Assembly (NCBI GenBank): GCA_051294905.1
Contig: CM119379.1
Coordinates: forward strand, 13,330,001 to 13,394,000
Length of the DNA stretch: 64,000 nt
Direction of reading: 5' to 3'
DNA from: Botryllus schlosseri
Lineage: Eukaryota
A model generated the notes under the pieces. It did no database searches. It was not told the DNA's origin and worked only from the letters and a program-made list of their open reading frames with translations. This document shows, piece by piece, positions 24,201 to 37,455 of this stretch; the stretch's first letter is position 1, and the number at the start of each line of letters is the position of its first letter. The translations under genes and the position numbers were made by a program.

Positions 24201-27200
24201 GAGCCTATCATTTTATGTTACATATCTGTTTATGAAATCAGTTTGTCGATGTTATTGCTGACAATACTCAAGTAAAAGTCGTAGTCGGTGCCTTCCACAG
24301 CCACTAGGTCAAACCTGCAGTACTTTCGTAGGTCTGCACTCGTGGTTACCAATCTTTTGATGGTCATGACTCAATTTCTGATTATCATGACCCAATATCT
24401 GATTATAAAATATTGCCCTCAATTTGGGAAAATCATTGCTAAAAAAACGGTCAGCACCAGCGCCCAGACTTACTTAATACTTATGGCCTACTTGGGAAGC
24501 TGATGAATATAATAAAAGATCACCACCTCCATGATGCCCACTGCCCAGGTTGAAAACCACCAGTCTACACTAACTAGTTTTATGACAGGACATGGTGAAG
24601 TATGGTAGGAATACCGTTGCAATGATTCCCTGATAAAATCGAATGCGCTGCTAACACACTCTAACCGACATTGGTTAGTCACTGATGATTCAGCTGTGAA
24701 TGCAACTGATAGTATACCCTGGTACGCTGCACTTGCATTAATGACGCAAAAATAATTTCTCGCTTGCAGCGATTTTGGGATTAGCCGTCGGCACGCGCTG
24801 ACGTTTCCAACATTTTGCCAATCGGTCTCTATGAGGTCTTCAACATTAACCGCAATCGATTTGAGTCGCACTGGGATTACGAACGATGCTCTCAGGACAT
24901 TCGCCACCATAAAGGGGCTCGGTCTTAGGAAGTTGGTTTTGCAAAACTGCAGGTACTAATCAGAAGAAGTTTGACACTGTCGTCGTTAACTTGAAGGTTA
25001 CTCGTAATGACAGGGAAATTGGTGATACTGGTGTTGTTGACTTTGTGAAATTTCAACGGCGTTTGCGCACACTCGATCTGCGTGGATGTTTGGAAATCGG
25101 TAACCCGGCGCTGACTGGAATATGCACCAACTTACATGAGCTTTGGGAGCTGCGTATCGCAAAATGCAGGAAGGTATGGTATAGGGATTAGTGTCATTGT
25201 TTGTGGCTTGTGTCACTGCTGTGACACCGTTTTACTCTAATCTTTTCCTGTGTAATATGTCTGTTGTAGTTCCTTGGTAAGAATAAACGACTCAAGTAGC
25301 AGTTGAAATGATTAAGTCTTTTAAGATAAATATCATATCATATAAAGTGGCTCAGCGATTTGTCACTCTATATTTGTGCATATTTATAGATTAATGATGC
25401 ATCTGCGTCACGGATATCATCTTCACTGCACGAGTTACGTGTCCTGGATATTTCCGAGTGCTACGATATTACCAACAGTATATACCTGGTCTTGGCGTCA
25501 CTGTCGGGATTGCAGTGTTTGATAGCAAAGTATGACTTATTTTTTACAATTCTTACTACGTTCACTAGTATTTGGGTATACTGGTTCTAGTCATAGCTTG
25601 AATCCGTTTGAGGAATGTGTTGAAAATTTAAGCCTGATAACACACACCAGTTCTGATGGATTTTAAGCAAAAATATACTGAAATCTAGAGTATCTATATT
25701 TAAATAAGAGGGAAATTACGAAAATGTGACTCGGGCAACTCTATTGACTGCAAGCGGTCTTAATATGTTATCTATTTCTTCGCATTATTTTGATTTTAGT
25801 GGTTGCAATTTTACAAAGCTTCACGAACAAATCGTCCATGAAGAAAGTAAAAATCACAGGTCGGTCAAAGCAGTATCTTCACTCAGAACCACACGATATT
25901 CATACGCTGCGTATCCTTGCAGTCACAAAGCCTTGCCAACTATCAACGGATATATTGGCAATCGAGTGATGGACTTTGCATCACTCACCAAACTTAGCGT
26001 CAATTCGGGAAAATATATTTCGGATCTTACAGTCCAGGTGAACTTCATCATGTCTTAGTATTTATATTACACCTCAAACAATTGTTAAATGCTATTTGGA
26101 ATATGCGAGTTTTGATAAATTCATTTCAATTTTATGCTTGCTTCCTATACTCGTTGAATCAAACCAAAAAGTCATTAATGAAATGCATCCGTGTTCCATC
26201 AGTTATTATTGGCAATACGAAGTCACGATAGCGCAGTCTGAAGTTTCCTTTGATTTTCATCGTTTTTTCGCAATCATTACATTTTGATACACTGCCAATG
26301 TGCCAAAATCGTTTGTCAGCTTGTGTCATAACTAGTTTATCAAAAGTATTCGATACGTGATTATCATAGTTTCAGTTGCTACTGTCGTGTTTCGTACTGA
26401 ATTCATTCACATTGATGATATTTGTATTATAGCGATGCGCTGTGGTGTGTTGCTGTTTCGATATGCGCATGATTTACGCAGTATATATCTGACATTCTGA
26501 CTTGAGTGTTGTGCCTGTCAACAAAAGTGATATCGTTTAATTTGATCATGTTGATCAATAAGCTGTTCGGTTTTCTCAGAGCATCTTCAAATACTCGACA
26601 AACTTGGAAGATTTATCGATGTCATGGTGCCATTACATCACCGATCGTGGCCTGCTCGGCTTGAATGTTGACTTGTCTCTGGACAAGATGTTCCCGAGTG
26701 TTGATGCTGAAACTGGTACGGTTCACATTGGTTTTGCGCGTCTTGGGTCTAATTGCATTCTATTCGGTACAGTCGATTTTTTGAATACCTGGAAATATTC
26801 TACAAGCCATGGTTGGTCTGGCTTTCTGTCTTCACCCGGCTCCGAATATAAATGTATCGGTGAGATTGCATGCGCATGCGGCATATCAATAAGCCGTTCT
26901 AGAAATGAGTTCTCCCTGCCTTTAATCAACGACATTGTGGCAGCAACAGCGATTGCTCGAAACATAATCTCACCTGCTGCTTTCTGACATAAAACAGGTT
27001 GTGGTAAATTTAATCACAGGAAGCAATTCCAGAAAGGCCAGAGTAATAAGCTATTGTGCTGGTGGACATATTGAAATTCTGTCATAGGACAATACCAGGC
27101 TCGCATTGACTGCGCTGTTTTCATTGCGATCTAGCACATAGCACTCATGTTTTGTGATACAGTGTTGTGTAATTGAGCTTCGTCATATGTACTACGGCAT

Positions 27201-30200
27201 CAAAATTGTGTCCTTGCTTAAGAATGATTATTCCCCGCATCACAACTTTGTGATCACTAGTACAGCATTTCCATATCACTGAAATATTAGTTTTAGGGAA
27301 ACAATAGAGTTCAGTCCTCTGTGAAAATGCTAAGTACAACATATGCCTATTATACTGGAAGTACTAGTTTCTTGCTCAACAGGATTTTATTGTAGATAAT
27401 AGAAACTTGTTCATGGATATATTTTTCAAATCTCGGCCATTAATTAATATAGCCTAAGTCTTGGTTGAAATAAGCCAAATTTTGATGTTGTCTTTATCGG
27501 CTAAAATACTCAGTTCCAGTAGGAACTCCAAAATATGATGACATTCTGACCCTACCTTTCACGGTACCGGTATACATGAGATGACCTCTTGGACTATCCA
27601 CTCTTTAACGATTCATCTGGGATATGCGCTAGCTTAGCCGAGGTCTTCTCGGTAGCCGACAATTCCATATCTTTTCAAAGAGCTGACAGTGACTTAACGT
27701 CCTCAGCACTCGTGACTGTGTAATGACGTGCATGACAAAGTACAAAGCCATTGAAAATGAACTAGCTGTCAAATGTATTAGTGTCGCTGTTCTTTGTTGT
27801 GATGGAAGTATCAAATTTAAGGTATATATGTATTTTCCAGTGGCAATAATGTCTCATCTACTCCTATTCGAAATCAGTCGTTCTACTTGACACTGACAAG
27901 GAGTGATACACGGTATGAAAATTCGCGATAAGAGCAAATGGTCCATGGGTTGGCTTGTATTAGGCAAATTCGTTTAATTTCATCACTGTAACTACTTGAA
28001 GAGCTTCTTGGAGGTACAGAACTTCAATAGACAATTGATTTTTTTTAATATACTGTTCAATTGTGAGGACTTACCTGCAAATCATACATATGCAATACGG
28101 TAGTAAGAAGCTATAGTGGTGATGTCGTTAATAATATAGGGCTCACATTTGGCCGAGCTGGCCTGCATTGACCGTATGCGTTTCCCACTATTTGATGTGA
28201 CATTTCCTGTATGCCATACTTGGAATGCACGTATGGTGGAGCCTCCACCGCAATCGACCGATTGCTGTTTTTTGCTGATGACCGTTCTCCGAGACTGTCA
28301 AGTCATGTTTTGCGATGACGCCATGTTATTTAAGATCATATCTTTGTCGATATTGTCGTCCATGTTAAAAGTGTAGTTGGCTCGGGGCTGTAATGACTCG
28401 ATTCATGACTCGACTCGAGTCACGATTTTCTGATGACTCGACTTGACTCGAGTCATTTTCTCAAAATACGGAAATGACTCGACTCGACTCGATCTGTGTA
28501 TTAACTCGATTTGGACTCGGGTCATTGCGCATGACTTGAACCAAGTCATATGACTTGAGACTCAGACGGCCAAGACCGACATTTCATTGTAATTTCGAAG
28601 AATAGTAAAGTAACCACACCATTGGGATTTTGTGAATTGGTCCTGATACTTAAAAATACGACCAGAAACTGCTAAAAGTGAGGAAAATTAGTATATTATA
28701 AATGCGAACCATTCGATATCACCAAACGGTGACAAAAAGTGGGTTTAACAAGACTAACAGGAAACCGAGCAGTCAACACAATGACTTGTACTCGGACTCG
28801 AGTCATAATATTATGACTCGGACTCGACCCTCTGCTCAATGACTTGGACTCGGATCTGACTCGGTGGTGAATTGAAAATGACTCGACTTAACTCGAGTCA
28901 AAACTATGAAAGTGAGATTGACCTGTGACTCGGAGCCTTGTGATTTGGTTACAACCCTGAGTAGGGTATTTTCATTGTGCCCGTGCTAATAATGCCTTGT
29001 GTGTAGATGAGGCAAAATGTACCCTATTCTGTTTTCTCATCATTACCGAGAACGACAATGAAAAACTTGCCCGCTTCGGTACTATTGCAATGATATCAAG
29101 CATTGAAAAATTATTTACTTGTAGCACCATTTCCATTCTGATACATTCATTTTTCTCACAAATACAGAGGATATCTCGGGATCTGATACACATGCCTGTC
29201 TTTTGGAGAAGGGAATCGGGCGGCTGAGAAAGCTGAAGCGTTTGGCGCTGTCGAATTGCCGCAATATCACCGACGAAAGCTTGATCCGAATATTTTGGTG
29301 AGTGTGATTCTGGGGTGATGGTGCTCTTCTTGCTGTGGTTAGCAATAACCTATCTGTCCTTTCCTGGTGATGTTCTGATAGTAAATGTATTTGTATTGTC
29401 ACCCGTGCAATCCAGGTATGAGATATCTTATAATAATCAAAACCATTTTCTTTCCAATATTTATCCCTTTCATCGGCTCGTAGCTTCCATGACCTGTACG
29501 TTATACTCCATCCTTCCATGATATGATTGAGAGCTGGTCAGTAATGAAGTGCTTCTGCATTTATTGAGTACTCAAGTAATTTATACCTACTTGGCACTGC
29601 TTACTAAAGAGGTTATGGTTTTTAGTTACTTTCACTTCTACTTGGACAGTCGTTTAAGCACTCTACTCACTTTTTTACTTTGGATTTTGAAAAGTAACAA
29701 GTGGTTTTAAGGTAAGTTTGCATCACTTAGATGAGTGAAATTTCACAAGTATTGTGGGAGATAGCCCCTGTATCAGGAAAACTGAATACATTTCCATGGA
29801 TCTCGAATATTAGTAGTGTCGTAAATTCTTCTGCGTTAGTCGTCAAATCAAGGAATTTTGAAAGTAGCCACCTCCGATTGCCTGCTAAAGGTATGCAACC
29901 ACTTGACCAAATGTACTTTTTGCAACTACTTGGGTTATTTTCAGGCCTTTTATTTTCTATTTCCACTTGAAGTAAAATGTCTTGGAAATTGCTACTACTA
30001 CTTCTAATTGGTTAGAAATTTATGATGTTACTTGTACTCGAGTGCGGTAGCGAGTTTGATCACGGCTGATGATGAGTGCACAACTGCACATACTGCACAA
30101 TAGGGCTGTTAAAAATAAGTTTTTTTTCCGAATTTTGCTTGCTAGGTGATTATATCGCCAGGTACCCTAAAAAAACGATGCACACCTAATTTGAATTTTA

Positions 30201-31900
30201 TAATTTTGAATTTATTATAAATAATCAAAAAATTGTTTTATAAACTGTACTGGCTACCCCATGAAAGTGATACATTGTCTACAAAAAACTGATGCAAAAC
30301 AAATTTGACTCAATTCCAAACATTAAAAGCGAAGTTTTTGCAGTTGGAAATTTTGGATTGAAAAAATAGCATTGACGGTGGCTTATCCCAGAGTTATCAA
30401 CAAACAAATCAAATATCTTTGGTTCTACCGGTTGGAATTGAGTCAAAATTTGTTTTGCATTGTTTTTTAGACAACGTGGTAGCCAGTAAAATTTGAAATT
30501 TTTTTTTAAATATTTATAACAAATTCGCAATCTTAAAACTGTAAAACCTTCGCGATTACCGGTTGGAATGGATTCAAATTTCGTGTGCATCAATTTTTCA
30601 GGGAACCTAGCAAGCGGGATTTGGAAAACGAAGTTATTTTTGAACAGCCATTGACCGCACAGGCACAAACATCACATGCACACTACACAGTGCACATAGT
30701 TGGAACCAGCGGCATAGATCAGCATTGAGTGAATTTTTTTTCTACTTTATTAACAGTGCTGGCGAGCCGCTATTCTCTAGCATGGAACAGCTGGAATTGA
30801 ACATGATGGCCAAGTCAGTGACTGACGACGTTCTCGTCGGGATATCCGTGGGATGTCCTCTATTGAGGAAGCTCGCCATATCTTGTACGAAAGTAAGCTC
30901 CGCGGTTTTGCAGCCCAAACTTACTAGTGTGTAAGTGACTTATTTTTTCATCGAACAGGTCGGGGATTGTGGTCTCGATTCTATCGCTAGCCGATTGCGC
31001 CGTCTGGAATCGTTGGATTTGTCCAACTGCGACAACATCACTCCAGGGTAACGTCGCTCTTCCTTTTCACTATGTTTTGTTGTAATCCAGTTGGAAAGTT
31101 CGTAAATATGTCGACATGCAGTCGGTGAAGTCTCTGCCAAGAGACAGATGAGTAAGGACAGAGCGTATTCCACTTACCCGAAGAGGGGTAAAGAGATTGT
31201 AGGGGATTTATTCGGTTTTAACATTATATACAAATATACTAACTGAAGGGTTCTACCTGGAGTGTGACAAAACTGGTGAAACAATAGGGTCCATCAAACA
31301 CTAGGTGTCGCCAGACTTTGGGTGTTAACCGCTGTTGTTCCGAAGTTTTAATTCATCCTCTAACGAGCTCATGGTCCAAGTAGAGCACGTTGTAGCCATT
31401 ATTTACAGTCGGGAAAGCAGCCTACAGGTTTCTGACAACGGTATCGCGTATGTAACAACTGCGGTTACCCCCAAAGTCTGGCGACACCTAGTGGTTTGAT
31501 GGACCCTATTATCAGGCCTGCCGATCAACCGCATTGAAGTATTGCAGATGTAGTTACGTAAATGAAGTTTTGAATCTCGGGTTAGCGTTCGTTGATAACA
31601 GCGATTCGTTGAATATGCAGTAAAGGAAAAATAGCTCGATTACTGCAATTCATGTTTTGGAGTTAACGAACTGAAGATAGAGAAGACCTGAAATATTCCT
31701 ATTGGGTCGAATGAAACTTTGTACCATCTCACCTTGTGCGATTTTGTTCTAGATTCTTGTCGATTCTGGCCAAGAACAATAAATGGCTTCGGGAGTTGGA
31801 TATTTCTTCCTGCAAGCAAATACAGGCGGAGGCCGCTGAGAAATTGCTTTCTTCCCTGCCTTTGCTCGGTTGCGTTCACACTCGCTACTTGGGTGCTTGA
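21203..31900 (+). CDS. LRRC29: F-box/leucine-rich repeat protein, LRRC29 (FBXL9)-like, 15 coding exons
   Basis: Phase-consistent exons 21203-21223, 21577-21647, 22326-22478, 22546-22666, 23699-23913, 24770-24952, 25014-25173, 25390-25529, 25923-26037, 26580-26715, 26773-26859, 29168-29297, 30757-30892, 30959-31047, 31753-31900. F-box MDDLPFEILSRILSYLNLADRRECALTCKR, then cysteine-containing LRRs (LDLTACNSMFMAGTFL, IDLSRTGITNDAL, LDLRGCLEIGN, LDISSCKQI) and C-terminal CVHTRYLGA*. Orthology is from memory. Confidence 0.85.
28383..28959 (+). mobile_element. hAT-like MITE rich in GACTCGAGTC palindromes
   Basis: Ends c(g)gggctgtaat / gttacaaccctg; degenerate 8-bp TSD agttggct/agtagggt; colinear with 43359-43853. 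Confidence 0.8.
31283..31510. mobile_element. Small MITE with ~50-bp TIRs in the last LRRC29-like intron
   Basis: aatagggtccatcaaac(c)actaggtgtcgccagactttggg...taaccgc inverted at both ends. Confidence 0.8.
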
Positions 31901-33835
31901 TTTTTATGATATAGCATTCTCGTGTCTTTGCTCTTGTATCTTGGTCAAATTTAGTCTTGTCGCATTTCTTTCTACCGATAAGTGCAATTTGTTTTATTGA
32001 AACGACAATGTCCCGTTATTGGCACTATGCGGTTGCAGTGGGCAGGTGGTTGTGTCACGCTGTTGTCTCAATGTTGTGATTTTCCCGACCTAAAGTGTCA
32101 TCTCATTCCTTTGCATGCATGTTAAATGTTTATCTTGGTGATTTATCTGTACGTGAATAGCAACTTGCCACTGTGCCTATAATGTTTTGTCGAGGCACTT
32201 TTCAACATGAGCACTTGAACGCACGATTTCTCTTGCTGTCAGAGTTCAATGTACTTTAAATAGCATTTTACTATATGTATTCATTCTATCTGTCACCTCG
32301 TAAAATAGAATTTGATATAATATATGTCGATTTCAACATATTTTATTCTTCCATGTGGATTGCGGAGTTATGCATGATGCGATACTATGGTACTGGTCGT
32401 GCAAGACCGAAATAAAGGATGCGTATGCATTGCTTATTCTTGTTGTGTGTTGCTATGCTTCAGTAATCACGCAGCTGTCGGTTGCATGCACTTGAACTAA
32501 ATCAACCCAACGGCCGCAAAGAGATATTAGGAGGCACGGTTTTAGCATGATTGCGAGAACAGTCAGAGTTCAAACAGTTTTTAGTCAGACTATTTACTTC
32601 TTAGGACATGTTTATGTCACTTTTATGAGTGAAATCGTCACGGTACCTTGTGAAAGAGCCCTATGTCAAGTCAACTGAGCATATGTTGGAATATTGTTCT
32701 ATTTGTTTTGTCATTTTGCATTGCAGGTCTAAACCGAAAAAAAAGTCAGATTTCACTTTTCCAGATCAGGACACGCTATGGACTGCTAGATTACGACATG
32801 ATAAGTAAATGCTAGATTGGAAAACATCAGTTTCAAACTTTATGATGGGCCATGTATACTGTGTGAAATATGTCATGGGGGCGACATTGCGGTGTGAACG
32901 GAAACACGCAACCCGCTACCTCAATTATACTCACTGATACTTTCGTGAAATCATATTGGTCACTCCTTATTAACTGTGCGCAAAGCGCGACGAAAATTCT
33001 GGGTTTTGCTCAATTTTTTGAAAATTAAATGTTCATACTCAGTGAAAAAATCCCAGAAATTCCTCAGGCTGTTTTCCTGATTGGGGGAATAAACTACTTC
33101 TACTTGACAAACTGAAAATAGCGAAAAGTAGGTAAGTAGATCACAAAATATTACGAAGTAGCGCGAAATTACATCTACATATAAGTACCCCAGTAACAGA
33201 AAACTACTTGAATACTTCGAAAAAAGTGGAAGTACTTCGTTAGTGACGAGTGACCACCTCTATATATACAAATACACGTCCAATTGTCAGTTCTTCTTAT
33301 ACGTGCCTAAATGTTCGGAGCCTAATAGTCCTGTCTTGACAATCCGAGAAAATGCCGCACCCCGTGATGAAATGCTTGGAATCGCTTGTGTCTCACGAAA
33401 GGGGTTCTTCTCATTTGTTTAGTTTGGTACATTGATGCGACTCCAATATCTTTTTACCATATAACAGCTAGCCGGGAGGTCAAGAAATGAAAACATGCGA
33501 CAAAATAATTAATAGCAAACGACTCCCCCGTAGATGTATATAATTAATCAATTCTATATCAAGAACGTGCCGTAAACTTTCGAAGAGACCATCTCCTATA
33601 GCTCTACCGGTAAAAATCTGATCACGATTCATATGAGCAATTGTATGATATGCAATTACAGACACGGTTCAGTCATGAATCAGGAAATTTATTCGCGTTT
33701 TGCATCACGAGAAATAGCCTACACCCTGTGCTGCCTACATAACAATGAAGTCGAACTTTCGAGTAGCCGTGATATGGGAGGACTAGGAGACCGAAGCCCT
33801 TCAGAAGTCCGGTTGAATGGCCTATGGCCTATGAG

Positions 33836-34291
33836 CAGTGGTGGCTTTTGGGGGGGGGCGAGGTGGGTGGTCGCCCGGGACCCCCTGGTCGAAGGGGCCC
33901 CCCTGTTTGGTTTATGCGCTTTTCCAAGGATAATAGCGAATAAACATGGAAATCCGTGTACCAAGCAAGAATATGATTCGATCCGTACAGATGTGTCAAT
34001 CATCATCAAATCTCTGCATTTGTTTGAAAAGTCCTGTATCCCGATAATCATCAAGTCTCTGCATGCAGTAGAATTACTTGGTTTTGATATAGTCTATCCT
34101 TGCACACATGCAATAATAGATATGGCCGAATCCAGCATCTGGCCAAACCTTGACGTGGTGAAAGATGGAGATAATAATAACAGATGCGAAAGGGGGACTG
34201 GGGTCTGAAGTCTGAAGTCACGGTTAGATACTGATAGGCCCCCAGGTAAGTCTCACCCGCCCCCCACCCCCCGTTCGTAGGGCAACCACTG
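33836..34291. mobile_element. hAT-like MITE
   Basis: CAGTGGTGGC...GCAACCACTG ends, perfect 8-bp TSD CCTATGAG. Confidence 0.8.
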
Positions 34292-36764
34292 CCTATGAGG
34301 TGCCGAAGGCAATTGCAAGTATCACAATATTATTGACAAGATTCATCCATTACTGTTGAAATTTCGTGTTTTTCGCGGATCTAGTGGCACCCTGGTTTTC
34401 CATAACATTATGAATGAGGGTGGAAGATCACCCTAGTAATTATGTTAATCACCCACCCAATAAGAACCCAAGTGTCCCAAGACCATAGTTCTTTACTATA
34501 TTTTTCAGATCCTTGAAAGTTGGGTCTTTTACCTCATCAAACTTGTCCCACCCCTTTTCTTTTCACAATTACTAGGCGCCTACCCATACAGACTGGTGTA
34601 CCTCAGGGACCAGTTCTCGGGCCCCTGCTGTTCATAATTTACATCAATGATATTGGTCATTTATTTGACGATGACATCACGCTGTTTGCTGATGACACCA
34701 ATTTAGTTATACCCGGTAAAAATTTATCTGAATGCATTTCACAACATTAACACCAAGCTAGACAGTCAAGGCCGTAGCCAGAAAAAATATTTGGGGAGGG
34801 GGCGAAAAATTCGATGACGTAATAGACCCCCCTGAAGATGGTCTTGGGCCCTTATTGGATGATTACCACAACATCCTAGGCGATCGTTTTTTATATATAT
34901 TTCACTCACAGATATAAAGTGATGTTATAATAATATGATTTTGGAAAACTTGTTCACCGCAACTTGTCATCTAGATTGGGGGCCGTTCACTGTGGCAGCT
35001 TTTCTCGCCTAGTAGCGCTCAGCGCGAAAAATTTCTATAATTCTTGATTGAATCGGTCAATATGATCGGAAATTGCTTATATATTGCTATCAATTTTTAT
35101 CCTCTCTCTACTCACGTAATCAGATTTACAGGTAGAACTGAGTAAGCCCAGCAAACACCCGATATCCCGTGGAGTTACTGGTATGTCCACAATTGTTCCC
35201 ACTCGTCCCACCTCCCACCCTCAGTTACGGAGGACTTGCTCAGTATGCCCAACATTGGACGTCAATTTATGTAACTCCAGGTGACTACCAGAGGAAGTGA
35301 ATTTTAGAATGCTCCTGTGCCAGTCACCATTGACCATTCCAGTGGATGTCATAATGGTGTGATGCCTGGATGCCACCTACACAGGAGTTCGTCAGGATGT
35401 CCCTACTTTCTATGAATTCAAGTGTGCATTGTGCAATCAATGCAAAATAGTTTTCTGAATACACTCATGAATGTCATGATACATTTCACCATTTGTAATC
35501 TATTGGAGTGAATACGAGAATGTTGATTGATGATATGGCGATGGTTTTCTATCGCGCGGAACTTCAGAAGCCCGGCTATCGATGATCGCGGTTGCACATT
35601 GTTATAGATATAATGTACGATATAGAGACATACAGCTATTTTATTGTGACATTACTGGATCGAAATGTCCACATCAAGGCAAAATATATGTTATTTCAAA
35701 TATACCGTATACCCAATGCATGTGAAATCTTCCTAAATGAAAACTTGACATCCGTTATAATGTTATGGTGATGACTATTCCAATCACGGAACTACTCAGT
35801 CTGCCCGGCTATTATCGATAATTGAGGCCGTACTGCGCAAGAGGCCAGCGATAATGCATATAGCTCAGTGATATGAGGCATTCCGATACCTGTCGATACC
35901 TGTGTTTATATAGCTCAGTGGTCGAGTCTCGACTCTCGAGTGTCGAGCCGAGCACGCCTGTTGCTTGAAATTCATTCAACCATAAAACCAATAATGACTG
36001 CGTTCTTCTGTCTGCCGAGCATGCGCGCGCGTGATTCAGTTAGAATTTGAAAGAACAGGTTTTGTAGTAATGGCGGAGTGACGGGTTTATCACAGGAATG
36101 GTTTAGTTTAGAATAGGATACTTAACGGCGTGGATGGATTGTGCGTGCTATTGATTATTATTGGGTAATCTTATAGCTGGCGACCCGAGCGCAAAATTCA
36201 TTTAAACCGGTCTCAATCGAAAGATATTTTCACACTGATTCCGAAAATATAAATTAAAATCTGGTCAGGGCACTGGAACCCCCCTAAAATCGACCTCAAA
36301 GTTCGAAATTTCCATTGTTCTGAATAATAGGGGCGCCTGAGCTGAATGGTCGATTAACGCCTCGTACTCATTGTGACGCCATTGAGCGTCTCGGCGAAGT
36401 CGAGCCGTGTTCTCCGTGACTCTCGGAGTATTTGGCGTCGTATCAATCGCTGTTAACGCGAATATGTCCCAATCAGAGTAGTTTTCTCGTAGTGCTTTTA
36501 TAGATTTCGATAAATGATTGCACTGAAGACTACGCATATCAACTTTACATTTACTGGTAATGCATAATATAACAGGCCATTTTGCGTCGTATCAATCACT
36601 GTAAACGAATAGGCTACCTCTATAATTACGACGCGCATTTACAAATTTAGCCAAATACAAATTAGAGCACACCAGTTCTTATCATGTTAATTTACGAAAC
36701 ATTTCCATCCTCATAATCTGGTTAAACTCATTATGAAACAGTTCGTACATTCGGTCGCAGAAGA

Positions 36765-37455
36765 GAGATTTAATGAAATAATGCATATATAACTAATTGA
36801 CCTGGTGCACAAGGCCATTGCTGCCGAGCACCAAAATTCCATACCAACAACAACCACAAAAAATGCGAAACAATGAAAAGAAAGGAAGATGTCGAAGCGA
36901 CTAGGAGTTGTCTATATGGAATCGGACAGCCACCTTGGCCTAGGCGATGTAAAGAGGAGGCATGCACATGCACACTGAATGAAAGTAAAGAAGATAGTAT
37001 AGTATAGGAAGCGAGAAGAAATAGGGCGGCATGTCATGGAAATAGGGCGGCATGTCATGGGAAGCGAGATCGATAGGTCAGTCGTGGTCCGGTAATCTTG
37101 AAGATGGACTGTATTCATTTAGTAGTAATTGCTTGTATTTCGACTTGAATGTGGACATGCTGCTCGTCGACTGCCGTATGGCTGGCGGGATACTGTTCCA
37201 CACATTAGGTCCGGCACATTTGATAGAGCGATGATCCTTTCGGTCGATCATATGATATTTGGACGACGTGGACGCGTGTGTGTTGTACTTGTGCGCTTTT
37301 GATTCAGAGGTAAAGAAGTCATTGAAATATTCGGGGCAACGACCGCAGTGAAACTGATACATAAACTTGGCGATTTCTAGTTTCCGCATATCTTCTATGT
37401 TTAGGACGCCGAATCTCTTCAGCAGCGACTTCTTGGATGGGCAGTCAGGCCCCAG
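36765..37455 (-). mobile_element. 5'-truncated CR1/L2-group LINE 3' end
   Basis: ORF end LNIEDMRKLEIAKFMYQF...SIKCAGPNVWNSIPPAIR...FKSKYKQLLL followed by 3' UTR. The UTR is homologous to 9620-9674 plus 11113-11170. Confidence 0.85.

Noticed and set aside
28383-28959. CRISPR-like spaced palindromes (GACTCGAGTC arrays, also at 43.4 and 44.1 kb)
   Set aside because: Irregular spacing, enclosed by TIRs and TSDs, in a eukaryotic context with no cas genes; these are MITE subterminal repeats.
32727-32820. Candidate terminal exon of the LRRC29-like gene
   Set aside because: 31753-31900 supplies a phase-correct final LRR and a family-like C-terminus; this segment is at most UTR.
33633-34208. 191-aa ORF
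   Set aside because: It runs across the boundary of a GC-rich MITE (33836) and low-complexity G tracts, so it is a chance frame.
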